A stretch of 63,904 nt of DNA, counting the filler, from Saprolegnia diclina VS20 (lineage: Eukaryota), in NCBI RefSeq assembly GCF_000281045.1. It is 9 parts of 3 records of this genome, joined end to end, with 100 filler letters (N's around TTAATTAATTAA, not from the genome) between each part and the next. Parts side by side here need not be neighbours in the genome. Positions count along the whole stretch, not along the records: positions 24,339 to 41,416 come from NW_008246093.1; positions 41,517 to 54,318 come from NW_008246093.1; 7 more parts are not named here. One strand, written 5' to 3'. Within the stretch, counting starts at the first letter, position 1, and each line of letters starts with the position of its first letter. Below, in pieces: positions 36,964 through 48,300 of the stretch. Position numbers and translations under genes: made by a program. The notes below the pieces were generated by a model. That model was not told where the DNA came from and made no database searches. It worked only from the letters and a program-made list of their open reading frames with translations.

Positions 36964-37483
36964 GCGCTTTGGCAATGTAGTACGTTGCAGTGTATGTCGG
37001 TCGCCGTCCACGCAGCCTCCTTCCTGCCACCCTCGCATCGCATCCTTAAGCATCCATGGGCATCCACGCCGGGGAGGCTCGTCATGCGCGTCGGCTCCGG
37101 TCGAGGCTAGCCTGCCAGGGCCATCGCCACGGCCGGTCCATGGCGCCGCCCTCGCCACAGAGGAGCACTTGCGCCCTGTCTTGATCATGACACGGTCGAG
37201 GTCGAGGTTGGCGACATGGCGGTCAGCTGCCGCTTCAACGTCGGTGGCCGCAGTAATGCTATGGAATAAAATCCAGCACGAGAGTATACAAAAATCCAAT
37301 GAGTTTAAAGCGTGGGGATTTGAAATACGGTGGGAGCTCGGAAGCCGCGCTCATTGGCTGAAATCCTAGCATAATGTGCGGGGATTGGCTATAAAGATGC
37401 AATTGCGTGCAGAACGCAAGGTGATTGGTGCATAATGAAGCCGACGCCTTCAGTCACCAATTTGCTGCGGAGGAGGGACGACG

Positions 37484-38663
37484 ATGGCAACGACGATCGC
37501 GGTCGACGAGCTCAACCACAAGGTACTCGACGAGCAGATCACGCGCCTGCGCACCAACACGCCGGAGAAGGGCATGCTCTCGGAGGTCGAGGTCATCGAC
37601 CTCTGCAAGAAGGCCAAGGAGATCCTCGGGAAGGAGTCGAACGTGCACGAGGTGCGCTGCCCCGTGACCATCTGCGGCGACATCCACGGCCAGTTCTACG
37701 ACCTCATTGAGCTCTTCCGCATTGGCGGCCAATGCCCGGATACCAACTACCTCTTCATGGGCGACTACGTCGACCGCGGCTACTACTCGCTCGAGACCGT
37801 GACGCTGCTCGTGGCGCTCAAGGTACGTGTCCATCGACTTGGTCATGGCTTAGCCTCGCTTTAGGTGCGGTACCCGACGCGCGTGACGATCCTTCGCGGC
37901 AACCACGAGTCGCGCCAGGTCACGCAGGTCTACGGCTTTTACGACGAGTGTCTCCGCAAGTTTGGCACGGCCGCGGTCTGGCTCACCTTTATGGACCTCT
38001 TTGACTACCTCCCGATGACCGCGCTTGTCGAGAACAAGATCTTTTGCATGCACGGTGGCCTCTCGCCGTCGCTCGAGACGCTCGACCACGCCCGCGCCGT
38101 CGACCGCGTACGTCCTTCCCTCCCTTTCCGCATGCAGAAGTTGATCCTCCAATCTAGTTTCAAGAAGTGCCCCACGAAGGCCCCATGTGCGACCTCGTGT
38201 GGTCCGACCCGGACGAGCGCGGTGGCTGGGGCATCTCTGCCCGCGGTGCTGGCTACACGTTCGGCGCCGACATCACCGAGCAATTTACCCGCGCCAACGG
38301 CCTCAGGTAGACTCGTCAGTCGCCCGTCTTCCTCATATTACACGATGAGCGTAGCTTTGTCGCACGTGCCCACCAGCTTGTCATGGAGGGCTATCAGTGG
38401 ATGCACCAGCGCGGCGTCGTCACGATCTTCTCGGCGCCCAACTACTGCTACCGCGTCGGCAACCAAGCCGTACGCCCTCTACTTCGTTCGCTTCGCCATC
38501 CTCCTCCTCATCGTCGTCGTAGGCGCTCATGGAAGTCGACGAGATGTTTGCGCAAACGTCGGGCGAGAAGGTCTACGACGCGTGCAAATTCATCCAGTTT
38601 GACCCGGCGCCGCGCAACTTTGCCGGCTCGTCCAAGCCGCGGGCGCCCGACTACTTTCTCTAA
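37484..38663 (+). CDS. PP2A/PP4-family Ser/Thr phosphatase catalytic subunit (5 exons)
   Basis: GDIHGQ, GDYVDRG, LRGNHES, HGGLSP, DLVWSDP, RAHQL, SAPNY and C-terminal PDYFL*. Confidence 0.95.
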
Positions 38664-39034
38664 GTCGTCATACGAATGACGACGCTGGCTCCACTTGAGA
38701 TGACACTAGATTATTATTCTGTAGCCAATATACATCTTTTGCGATAGGACATTATTTGGGAGTTTCATCGACTGCCCTTTCTTGGTCGTCGCATCCCGTT
38801 CTGGGACACGCCAACTTGATCACGTCACGCCATTGCCATTGCTCGTAGGAGACTCACCCGGTCGGTGCAACAGCTCGATACGAGCTTACTAGCTTCCTGC
38901 CGTGATCCTGGACTTCGTGGACTTTGCCATAGTACAGCTGTGCCGTAGCGACACCACGTCTTGGGTACCGAGAGTTCAATTCCCTCTAGTTGTTGCATAG
39001 AGAAAGCATTTTGTTGCTATTACCAAGAAAGTAC

Positions 39035-40084
39035 TTAGAGCACGAGCATGCCGTCGCCGTACGAGTACCAGAGGTACTCCTTGTCCATGGCCTCCTTGTA
39101 GATCGTGTCAAGCAGCGCTTCTTGGGACCCGCAAAACGCCGCCGTTAGCGTCAGCACCGACGTCTTGGGGTAGTGGAAGTTGGTGAAGAGACCGTTGAGC
39201 ACTTGGAAGGTGTAGGGCGGGTAGATGAAGATGCCGGACTCGCCTTCGAGCGGCGCGGTCGACGCGTCATCAAAGCCCGCGCCAATCGTCTCCAGCACGC
39301 GAGTGGCTGTCGTCCCAACCGCGATGACGCGCCGGCCCTCGGCGCGCGCTTTGCGGATCGCAGCCCGCGTCGCGCTGCTCACGTGGTAGCGCTCGCGGTC
39401 CATGCGGTGCTGCTCGACAAACTCGCTCGCAAAGCTGCGAAACGTGCCGTAGCCCACATGCAGCGTGACGCAGACGTGGTCGATGCCGGCGTCTGAGAGC
39501 TGCTGCAGCAAGGCCGGGTAAAAGTGCAAGCCGGCCGTCGGCGCCGCGATCGCGCCGGGCGTGTTGGCGACCGAGGTTTGGTACGCGGCTTCGTCCTCCT
39601 TGTCGGGCACACGGGCGACGTACGGCGGCAATGGCATCTCGCCGACGCGCGCGAGGTACGTGTGCAGCGGCTCGTGCGTCAGGCCAAAGAGCGTACCCGT
39701 GTGCACCTCGGGCACGCCGCCGACGAGCGTGTCCACGCGGAAGGTGAGGCCCTCGGGCAGCGACAGCGTCGTGCCAAGCGGCAACGGCGCGCTGAGCAGC
39801 ACGTCCATCGATGTGTGCTCGGCGCGGAGCGGGTCGAGGAAGAGGAGGCTCACGCAGCCATCGATCGGCGTCGTCAAGCGCACCTGCGCCGGCACGACGC
39901 GCGTATCGTTGAGCACGAGGAGATCGCCGGGCGTGAGGAGTGACGGCAGCGCCTCGAACGTCGTGTGCTCGATGCCACGCGTGGCCTTGCGGTAGACGAG
40001 AAGCTTTTGCGAGCCAAAGGGCCGCGGGCGCTGCGCGATGCGGTCGGCCGGGATGACAAAGTCGTAGCTTGCGGCGGTCGCCAT
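39035..40084 (-). CDS. queA: S-adenosylmethionine:tRNA ribosyltransferase-isomerase (bacterial-type QueA), intronless
   Basis: Full-length motif series YDFVIP..IAQ.P, GDLLVLNDTRVVPA, GEMPLPPYV, YQT, AAPTAGLHF, TLHVG.GTF, AVGTT..RVLE, IFIYP, TNFH.P, YSYGDGML. Alternative in-frame ATG at 40168. Confidence 0.95.
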   Translation of the reverse strand: MATAASYDFVIPADRIAQRPRPFGSQKLLVYRKATRGIEHTTFEALPSLLTPGDLLVLNDTRVVPAQVRLTTPIDGCVSLLFLDPLRAEHTSMDVLLSAPLPLGTTLSLPEGLTFRVDTLVGGVPEVHTGTLFGLTHEPLHTYLARVGEMPLPPYVARVPDKEDEAAYQTSVANTPGAIAAPTAGLHFYPALLQQLSDAGIDHVCVTLHVGYGTFRSFASEFVEQHRMDRERYHVSSATRAAIRKARAEGRRVIAVGTTATRVLETIGAGFDDASTAPLEGESGIFIYPPYTFQVLNGLFTNFHYPKTSVLTLTAAFCGSQEALLDTIYKEAMDKEYLWYSYGDGMLVL

Positions 40085-40354
40085 TGCTTTTCGAATGGCT
40101 ACGTTGCACATCACCGCAGGTGGTGCTGTAGCGTCATCCGACGACCACTGTGGAACATGATAGGACATCGACGATGACAACGAGGAGATAGGGTCGCGGC
40201 GAGGGCTATGGACATACTTGGGTCGACCGCTGTACGACTCCTCGGTGGGCCGGGCTCGGCGAGCGCCGACGCCCCGCGCAGCAGTCCACACCGCGTCGTA
40301 TCTTTTGCTCGATTTGGCTTATCTAAGATGCTCGCAATGTATTGCTCGTTAACT

Positions 40355-40396
40355 ATTGGCCAATCCGTGGCCGGAAGCGCATTGCGGTGACCCAAT
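40355..40396. promoter_or_regulatory. CCAAT-box cluster upstream of queA
   Basis: ATTGGCCAAT at 40355-40364 and CCAAT at 40392. Similar clusters precede CFAP57 (32263-32352), the phosphatase (37353-37428) and the LRR gene (52585-52606). Confidence 0.5.
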
Positions 40397-41938
40397 CAAA
40401 CGCCATGTGCAAAGGGCTAGGGTACGTCGTCCTTCAACAACGCATGGGTTACGGGAAGCCTAGTATTGGTGTCACTGCGTCGGCTCCTCCTTGCCAACAC
40501 GCCCTCTACTGGAGCGCCGGTCGACGATTTCTCGATGGTGGCAGTCCCAGAGTTGGCGTCTTGATGACACCGTCCAGCCAGAGTTCGTTGTCAAATCGAC
40601 GCATCGATGTAGCTTGCTGCAAGTGTAGCAACAAGAATCTCGCTGCCAAAAGCGGCGTAGACCTCACCGAAACGCCGAGGTCCTTGACCGCCGCCACGTA
40701 ATGTCAGTCTGGTGCATGGCAACACGAGTGCCGTTGTGCTGTACCGTGCTGACGCTGTACGACGCACCCGCAGTCGTCTCGTAGACGTAGGCGATGACGC
40801 CATTCGATGTCGGTGGCCCATGCCAACTCGCTGCTTGGCTTGTGTCAGCACGACAAGACGGGACGCTACCCAGCGCATGACGGCCCGCAATCATTGATAC
40901 ATCGATATTGTTTCAAGTGCAAAAGTTGACATAACGTTAGTGCATACCTTTATGCACCACGAGGCCGCGCCGAGGCCATTGTCGATGGTGTGGTTTGGGA
41001 CCGTCGAAGTTGCGCGGGAGCGGCGCTTTTTCACATTGCACCTGCCTTGAAATGGCGCTTGTAGAGATGAAGATTGGGCAGCCTTCAAAGGGCAGACGAG
41101 GCGCCGGTTCTTGCCGCCGCTGCGAGGCGCCACGCGCGCCTGCTTGCTGAGCCTGACAGCGTAGTCTTGGAGATAGTCGTGCGTGTGTCGAAGCTAACTC
41201 CATCCCAAGCCACAGCCCATGGCTTTTGACCCGATCGCTGCTCGCAGCCTTTTGTGCAAGTACACTCGTATCCGGCTGTTTTTTCCGGATCGTATTTTCC
41301 ATTTTTTTACGGAAATACCGGTAGTTGATTCGACCTGTCCTGGTTCTGCGAACGAGACTGTAGAGCACGCAGTCAGTGGTCTTCCGACTCTATCATGCAC
41401 ACTATTATATATGAATNNNNNNNNNNNNNNNNNNNNNNNNNNNNNNNNNNNNNNNNNNNNTTAATTAATTAANNNNNNNNNNNNNNNNNNNNNNNNNNNN
41501 NNNNNNNNNNNNNNNNTAGACGAGATCCATGAAATACTGCAAAGAAGGAAGAGCCGAATCGCACAGTTGTTGAAGATCGGCGGCAGGACCAGACTGCCTC
41601 GCGCTGCTCTGCCCCAGCAACTGCGTCCTATCATGCGCAGTGCACAGAATCAGGCGCATGTGATTGGCTTTCATCCACCAATCAGCGTCCGTGCAGTCTC
41701 TGAAAGATACGGTGTTCACAAGAGCGTGCGGCTCAAAAGCGCCGATACCACCACTGGCGTCGCAGAGTACGCGGTTGACTCTGCTGGTGTGTTGCTCGAA
41801 TGATGAACACGATGGGCACAAAACCTCCCAACGTCTCCTCGAAAATGCGAAGAACCGATGTGCGACCAGCGCCACACCATAGACCAATACAAAGCTGGCT
41901 CACGTTCCATGTCGGTCAATTATCTCACATGAGTTTAT

Positions 41939-42480
41939 ATGGTTGAAGCATCAGCGACGCTTGAGCTTCAAGCCGACGTTGACCTTGACGTGGAGCGGCG
42001 ACGACTCGGTAGGCTGTTGAACGAAGCCGCTTTTGTCAAGGGGTCGTTTGGCGACGGTCCGCGCGCGGCCAGTGACGACGACCTTGTCTCGTCGGATGTG
42101 CTCGACGTCAAGACCACGAGCAAGGACTGGACGACGCACGCGTGCAGCGCGCCGCTGCGCAACCAAGGCCAGTGCGGTTCGTGCTGGGCGTCGGCTACCG
42201 TTGTTGCCGCCGAGTCGTGGTTTTCAGCGACAACCAGCGCCGAGAGGTGACGCCACATGAAGCCATTCGCCGTCCTCGAGACCAAGTGCTGCGAAACAGT
42301 GTCCATGACCAGTCGAGCACGCGGCGCCGTCGATTGCGTCAGAAGGACGTGTCAGTGCCAATGTCGGAGGCTCCGCCCGAGGTCGACTGATGTCAGACAC
42401 GCGTGTGAGACGATCAAGAAACCTGCGGCTGCTGGCTTCGGTCGTCGCAATGCCAATGGCGCTTGTTGCCCGTCGTCTTA
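41939..42480 (+). pseudogene. Papain-family (C1A) cysteine protease remnant
   Basis: KDWTTHACSAPLRNQGQCGSCWA catalytic-Cys motif followed by a stop at 42250. No catalytic His or NSWG region seen. Confidence 0.75.
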
Positions 42481-43128
42481 GCACCCATGGCGCCCGATCA
42501 ACCTGACGCCGAGGACAAGTGGACCGTCGGCCGCAAATTCGATGATGGCAATCGTTTATAGTGTTCAATATATTATAACAGTATTTCGTAGCAACCCAAA
42601 TAGTATGGTATGGTGCGGCGGGTTGCGATCGTGACACGCGCTCGTCGACGTGCGGCCAGCGAGGATTTCCTGGTGGCCAAGAGCGTCAGAGTGGTGCATG
42701 ACGAGCCGTTGTCCGTTGCGCTGCCGACTGCGCTTCAAGTCCACGCATAGCACTGGCCAACGGTACAGCCACGTCGTGTAGCGAGTTCTCTGCGGACTAC
42801 TAGCAGTCGGCTCCATGCAGCCGTGTGACTGCCGTCGCCGCTCGTGGCTGCAGAAACCTGCACTATCAAAGTACTTGCTTCCAGTCTTCAATAAGAGTGC
42901 GTATAAGAACAGGATGTACTAGTAGCAACCCCAAGGACCATCCAAGGACCATCAAGCGCAAGCGTCGGTGGTCGCGGGACGTCGAATGCCATGTTGAAGT
43001 TGGGTCTGTTGAGTCGACAGGTGGTCGTCGACTCAACGCCTGTGATTGGTCTTGTCGAGTCAACAGGATGCCGGAGCAAACCCGGAGAAAGATCGCCATC
43101 GTGCGGCCTCCCATTCTTCAATATCCTC

Positions 43129-45336
43129 ATGGCCCTCCGCTTTGCCCTGCGGAAGCAGCCGCGCCGCCACGCGCGCCAGCTCAGCTCGTTCGCGGGCGAC
43201 TACCTCAGCCTCGAGACGCGCGCCAACGGCGTCGCCATCGTGCGCCTCGACGACAAGCAGGCCAAGGTCAACACGCTCAATGCCAACATGACCAAGGAGA
43301 TTGTCACGATGCTCGACACGGTCGAGAAGGACGCGTCGATCAAGTCGGTCGTGCTCATCTCGGGCAAGCCCGGCTGCTTCATCGCCGGCGCCGACATTGC
43401 GCAGCTCCAGGCCTGCACGACCGAGGCCGAGGTCCGCGCGCTCTCGACGGCTGGCCAGGGCTACATGGCCCGCATCGAAAAGTCGTCCAAGCCCTTCATC
43501 GCCGCCATTGACGGCTCGTGCATGGGCGGCGGTCTTGAGGTCGCGCTTGCGTGCCACTACCGCATTGCGTCGTCGTCCAAGAAGACGTCGCTTGCGCTCC
43601 CGGAAGTCATGCTTGGCCTGCTCCCGGGCGCCGGCGGTACCCAGCGCCTCCCCAAGCTCGTCGGTCTCCAGGCCGCGCTCGACATGATGCTCACGGGCAA
43701 GAACATCAAGCCGGAGAAGGCCAAGAAGATGGGCCTCGTGGACCAGGTCGCGGACCCGTACGCACTCGAGAACGCTGCGATCGCGATGGCCGAGAGCCTC
43801 GGCTCGGGCAAGTCGAAGAAGTCGAAGAAGACCAAGGCCTTTGTCAACCGCGTCCTCGAAGACACGCCGTTGCGCGCGATCGTCTTCCAGAAGGCGGGCG
43901 AGATGGTCGCCAAGAAGACGGGCGGCCACTACCCGGCGCCCAAGCTCATCTTGGAAGCGGTCCAGGCCGGCTACGAGTCGAGCGCCCGCGGCTACGAGGT
44001 CGAGGCTGCCAACTTTGCCAAGCTCGGCATGACGACGGAAGCCAAGTCGCTCATGAGCATCTTCTTTGGCCAGACGCAGCTCAAGAAGAACCGGTACGGC
44101 AAGCCGACCGCGCCCGTGCAGACGATGGCGGTCATTGGCGCCGGCCTCATGGGCGCCGGCATCACGCAGGTGTCGGCGTCGAAGAACATCCGCGTGCTCC
44201 TCAAGGACCGCGACGCCGCCGCCGCCTCCAAGGGCGAGGACTACGTGCGCAGCAACCTCGACGGCCGCGTCAAGAAGCGCCGCATGACGGTCTTTGAGCG
44301 GGACACGGTCATGGCCAACATCGTGCCGCTCCACGACCAGGACGACGTGTGGAAGAAGCACATGAGCCACGCCGACCTCGCGATCGAGGCGGTCTTTGAG
44401 GACATGGCGCTCAAGCACAAGGTCATCAAGGACCTCGAGCAGTACCTTCCCGAGCACTGCATCGTGGCCACCAACACGTCGGCGCTCAGCGTCGCCGAGA
44501 TCGCGTCGGCGTCCAAGCGCCCGGAGAACGTCATTGGCATGCACTACTTCTCGCCCGTGCCGCAGATGCCGCTCCTCGAGATCATCCGCCACCCCAAGAC
44601 GTCGGACGAAGTCGCCGCGCGCGCCGTCGACGTCGGTCTCCGCCAGGGCAAGACGTGCATCGTGGTCAAGGACGTGCCCGGCTTTTACGTGAACCGCTGC
44701 CTCGGCCCGTACATTGCCGAGACGCTCTCGCTGGTGCAGTCGGGCGTCGAGCCCGAGCGCCTCGACAAGATGGTCACCAAGTGGGGTCTCCCCGTCGGTC
44801 CCATCACGCTCGCAGACGAAGTCGGCATTGACGTCGCCAAGCACGTCAACGTGACGCTCTCGGCGGCGCTCGGCGTGCGCATGCAGGGCGGCAACCCGGC
44901 CATTTTCGACGACATGATCGCGGCCGGCATGCTCGGCAAGAAGTCGGGCAAGGGCTTCTTTATCCAGCCCAAGAGCAAGAAGGAGAAGAAGACGATCAAC
45001 CCGGAGGCCATTGCGCTCGTCAAGAAGTATGCGCTCACGGACCTCAAGCTCACGGACGAAGAGGCGACCAACCGCCTCGTCTCGCGCTTCGTCAACGAGG
45101 CCATTCTCTGCGTGCAGGACGAGATCATTGCGACGCCCACCGAGGGCGACATCGGCGCCGTCTTTGGCATCGGCTTCCCGCCGTTCCTCGGCGGCCCCTT
45201 CCGCCTCGTCGACAAGATTGGCTCGCAAAAGTACAACGACATGATGCTGCGCTTCGCCGACAAGTATGGCGAGCAGTTTACGCCCTGCCCGCTCCTCCAG
45301 GACATGGCCAAGACCAACAAGAAGTTCCACAACTAA
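43129..45336 (+). CDS. HADHA: Mitochondrial trifunctional enzyme alpha subunit (enoyl-CoA hydratase / 3-hydroxyacyl-CoA dehydrogenase)
   Basis: Basic presequence MALRFALRKQPRRHAR, FIAGADI, GGGLE, LPEVMLGLLPGAGGTQRL, GAGLMGAGI, TNTSAL, GMHYFSP, GIGFPPFLGGPF. Confidence 0.96.
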   Translation: MALRFALRKQPRRHARQLSSFAGDYLSLETRANGVAIVRLDDKQAKVNTLNANMTKEIVTMLDTVEKDASIKSVVLISGKPGCFIAGADIAQLQACTTEAEVRALSTAGQGYMARIEKSSKPFIAAIDGSCMGGGLEVALACHYRIASSSKKTSLALPEVMLGLLPGAGGTQRLPKLVGLQAALDMMLTGKNIKPEKAKKMGLVDQVADPYALENAAIAMAESLGSGKSKKSKKTKAFVNRVLEDTPLRAIVFQKAGEMVAKKTGGHYPAPKLILEAVQAGYESSARGYEVEAANFAKLGMTTEAKSLMSIFFGQTQLKKNRYGKPTAPVQTMAVIGAGLMGAGITQVSASKNIRVLLKDRDAAAASKGEDYVRSNLDGRVKKRRMTVFERDTVMANIVPLHDQDDVWKKHMSHADLAIEAVFEDMALKHKVIKDLEQYLPEHCIVATNTSALSVAEIASASKRPENVIGMHYFSPVPQMPLLEIIRHPKTSDEVAARAVDVGLRQGKTCIVVKDVPGFYVNRCLGPYIAETLSLVQSGVEPERLDKMVTKWGLPVGPITLADEVGIDVAKHVNVTLSAALGVRMQGGNPAIFDDMIAAGMLGKKSGKGFFIQPKSKKEKKTINPEAIALVKKYALTDLKLTDEEATNRLVSRFVNEAILCVQDEIIATPTEGDIGAVFGIGFPPFLGGPFRLVDKIGSQKYNDMMLRFADKYGEQFTPCPLLQDMAKTNKKFHN

Positions 45337-45370
45337 GCAATCATCTAAGAAGAATCACATTTACTAGTCT

Positions 45371-48300
45371 CTAGCGCTGCGTCTCGCGGCCCGTCCACGA
45401 CGCCACGGCGTGGAGGAGCGTGGCGTCGGCGGGCGCCAGCGCGTCATGGCTCTTGGCCGCGACGTAGTTGAGGAAGGCGTCGCTGAGGCGCTGGCGCAGG
45501 CGCAGCATGAGGGTTGCGACCTCGCGCTCCATCTGGAGAGCGATCCAGCCGTCAATGACGAGGACAACGCCGTCGATGAACAACGCTTCCTCGTCCTCGT
45601 CGTCGTCGTTCTTCTTCTTCTTGTCGTCATCGTCGTCGACGTCGGGCAGCTCCTCGATGACGGCCGACGCGCCAACCATGAGCGCCAGCGTGAACGGATG
45701 CACCTTGGTCATCACCTGCGCCGTGCGCGCGTGCTCGGTCTGCATCATGTCGTGGAAGACGACCCACTCGCGACTCGTGGGCTTCTACTTGCAAGGTGAG
45801 CTCCCTTTCGGTCGAAGGCTTTGTACCTTGGGCGAGAGGACGGACGCACCCGCGCGACGCACCTAATCGCCGTGAGAATAGGATAGCAAGGCAAGCGGAC
45901 CTTGAACTTGTCCTTGGTCGTGTAGTGGACCGAGCCAACGTCACGGTACATGAGGTTCGGGTACAGACCGGACGCGAGGACGGCCATGGCCATCGGCGGG
46001 CTCGGCGGGCCCACGGGCGGCGGGATCGTATACCCGAGGTTCGTGTACTCGACCTCGATCTGCTTGATGACGCCCGACGTGTGGTACAAGACGGGCTGGA
46101 GCAAGCCGTTGGAGCGGCAATAGTGAGTGCGGTCGCGGTCGGACGCGAGGAGGAAGCCGTAGATGGCCGCGTAGAGCACCCAGTGGTCGCTCTCGTGGCC
46201 ATTCGAGAGCGAGGCCTTGACGAGCCGGCGCTGGTTGCGCTGCGCGCCAGACGTCCCGAGCTCCGACTCGAACGGCTCGCGGTAGCTTAGCGCACACGCC
46301 GAGTAGAGAATCGGCGCTGCGACGTCGTGGAAGGTGCCCAGCAGCAGCGTCTTGGCAATCGTGGGCGAGAGGCTCATCTGCGAGAGCTCCCACCCGAGGT
46401 ACGTGAGCGACTCGTCCGAGTTGAGCGCCCCGAGCGCCTGCAGAGACGCGATCGCGCCCTCAACCACGTGGGCGAGCGGCGGGTCGGGCGCGAGGCTAAG
46501 GAACTCGCCAATGGACTCGAAGCCGAGCGAGTCGCCCGACTGCCACTGCAGCATCTGGATGGCCAGGACCGAGTCTTCCAGTGCTGTCGTGAGCAGCTCG
46601 GGCGTCAAGAAGGCCGGAAGCGACTCGAAGCGCTGTCGCGTGAGCAAGTGAAAGCAGACGCCGGGCGCGACACGGCCGGCGCGGCCCCGGCGCTGCTTGC
46701 AGTTGGCGTCGCTCACCCACTCGGTGTGCAGCGCGCTGTAGCCGTTGATGAGCTTGGACTGCTTCGACTTGCACGTGTCGATGACGTAAACCACGTCTTC
46801 GATCGTGACGCTCGTCTCGGCAATGTTGGTCGCGAGAATGATCTTCCGCGACCCCTTGGGCGGCCGCGCAAACGCTCTAAGTAACAATACTTGATACTTG
46901 GTTGATACTGGGACAAAAGTCGTACCGCTTCTGCTCCTGCGGCGAGAGGCGCGAGTGGAGGATCGCAATCATGCACTTGCGGAAGGCCGGCTGCATGTCG
47001 AGGACGTCAGCGATGGCTTGGATGTCGTCCCAGCCAGGCAAGAAGACCAAGATGGCGCCCTCGCCGTACGACACGGACATAAGGTGCCCCAACAGCCGCA
47101 CCACAAGGTCGACATCGACGCCTACATGACCATGAGACAAGACACCAAAGCGTGACGCACCGCCGTCGATGCCGAGCGCGTCTTGCGAGAGCTGGTACGA
47201 AGACACGAGATTGTCGATGACGCTGGGCTTGGCGTGCGCGCGCTTGGCGGCAAGGCGGCGGGCCACTTGGTCGCAGACCGAGCCTTTAAGGACCGCGTCG
47301 TCCAATGGCGCTTCCATGTCTTCGTCCGCCGGCGCCGAGAGGAGGAGCGATGCGTCATGCGTCGACGTCGGCGGCGCCCACTGCCCGCCAAAGCACGTGG
47401 CCACGTGCATGCCAAAGTCCCCTTCGTCCGTAAAGTCGCACTTGCCGCACATGACGCAGGACGCGTCGAGCGCCTTCTGCTTCTTCTTCGGTCGCTCGTT
47501 GGTTGACGCCTTGGACTTGCCGCTCGGCACCGAGCTGTCGAGGAGGAGGAGGACGTCGTCGAGGAAGCAGGCTTGGACGGGGTGCATGCGGCCTTGGATG
47601 CTCACGATCGGGCACTGGCCAAAGTAGGCCGAGAACTTGTCGACCTGGATCGTCGCGCTCATGAGGATCACGCGCAGGTCCGGACGCAGCGGCAGGATGA
47701 GCTTGAGCACGACAAGCAGAAAGTCCGTGTCCTTGTCGCGCTCGTGGACCTCGTCGACGACAATGTGCGTGAACTGCTTCCCGAGCGGATCGCTCCCGAG
47801 CCAGCGCAGGAGCGTACCTACATAGTCCATCAACGACGACCACCACCGAGTGCAAGTGATACCGGTCGTGGCAAAGATGAGCTGCGTCGCAGCGTGCGAG
47901 TACTTGGCATCGAGCCGAATGCAGTACCCGACCTCCTTACCGACCTCGAGGCTCCGCTCATCGCTAATGCGCTCGGCAAGCGTGATGGCCGAGATACGCC
48001 GCGGCTGCGTCACGACGATGCGCCGTGCCGGGCCAGGCGCGTCCATGAGGAACTGCGGCAGCTGCGTCGACTTGCCGCAGCCCGTGTCGCCGGCGACAAC
48101 GACCACCTGGTGCTTCTTCACGAGCGCCAGAATCTCGTCGCGGTGCGCATGCGCAGGAAGCGCGCGCTGGGACGTCGTGTACTTGTGCGGCGGCGCCACG
48201 GGCGGAAACGCCGACCGGAACGCCGCTCGCGGCTTGCGGAACGGCGGCGGCATGGCCATTTGAGCACCTACATAGCACGATGAGCATGCACGTGGACGTG

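Noticed and set aside
39035..40084. queA as bacterial contamination or part of a bacterial operon
   Set aside because: It is contiguous with spliced eukaryotic genes, has host-like codon bias, and no tgt or other bacterial neighbours are present.
43060..45330. Long antisense ORFs (756 aa here; also 13875-15881 and 55988-57085)
   Set aside because: Shadow frames of high-GC3 genes, with no recognisable motifs.
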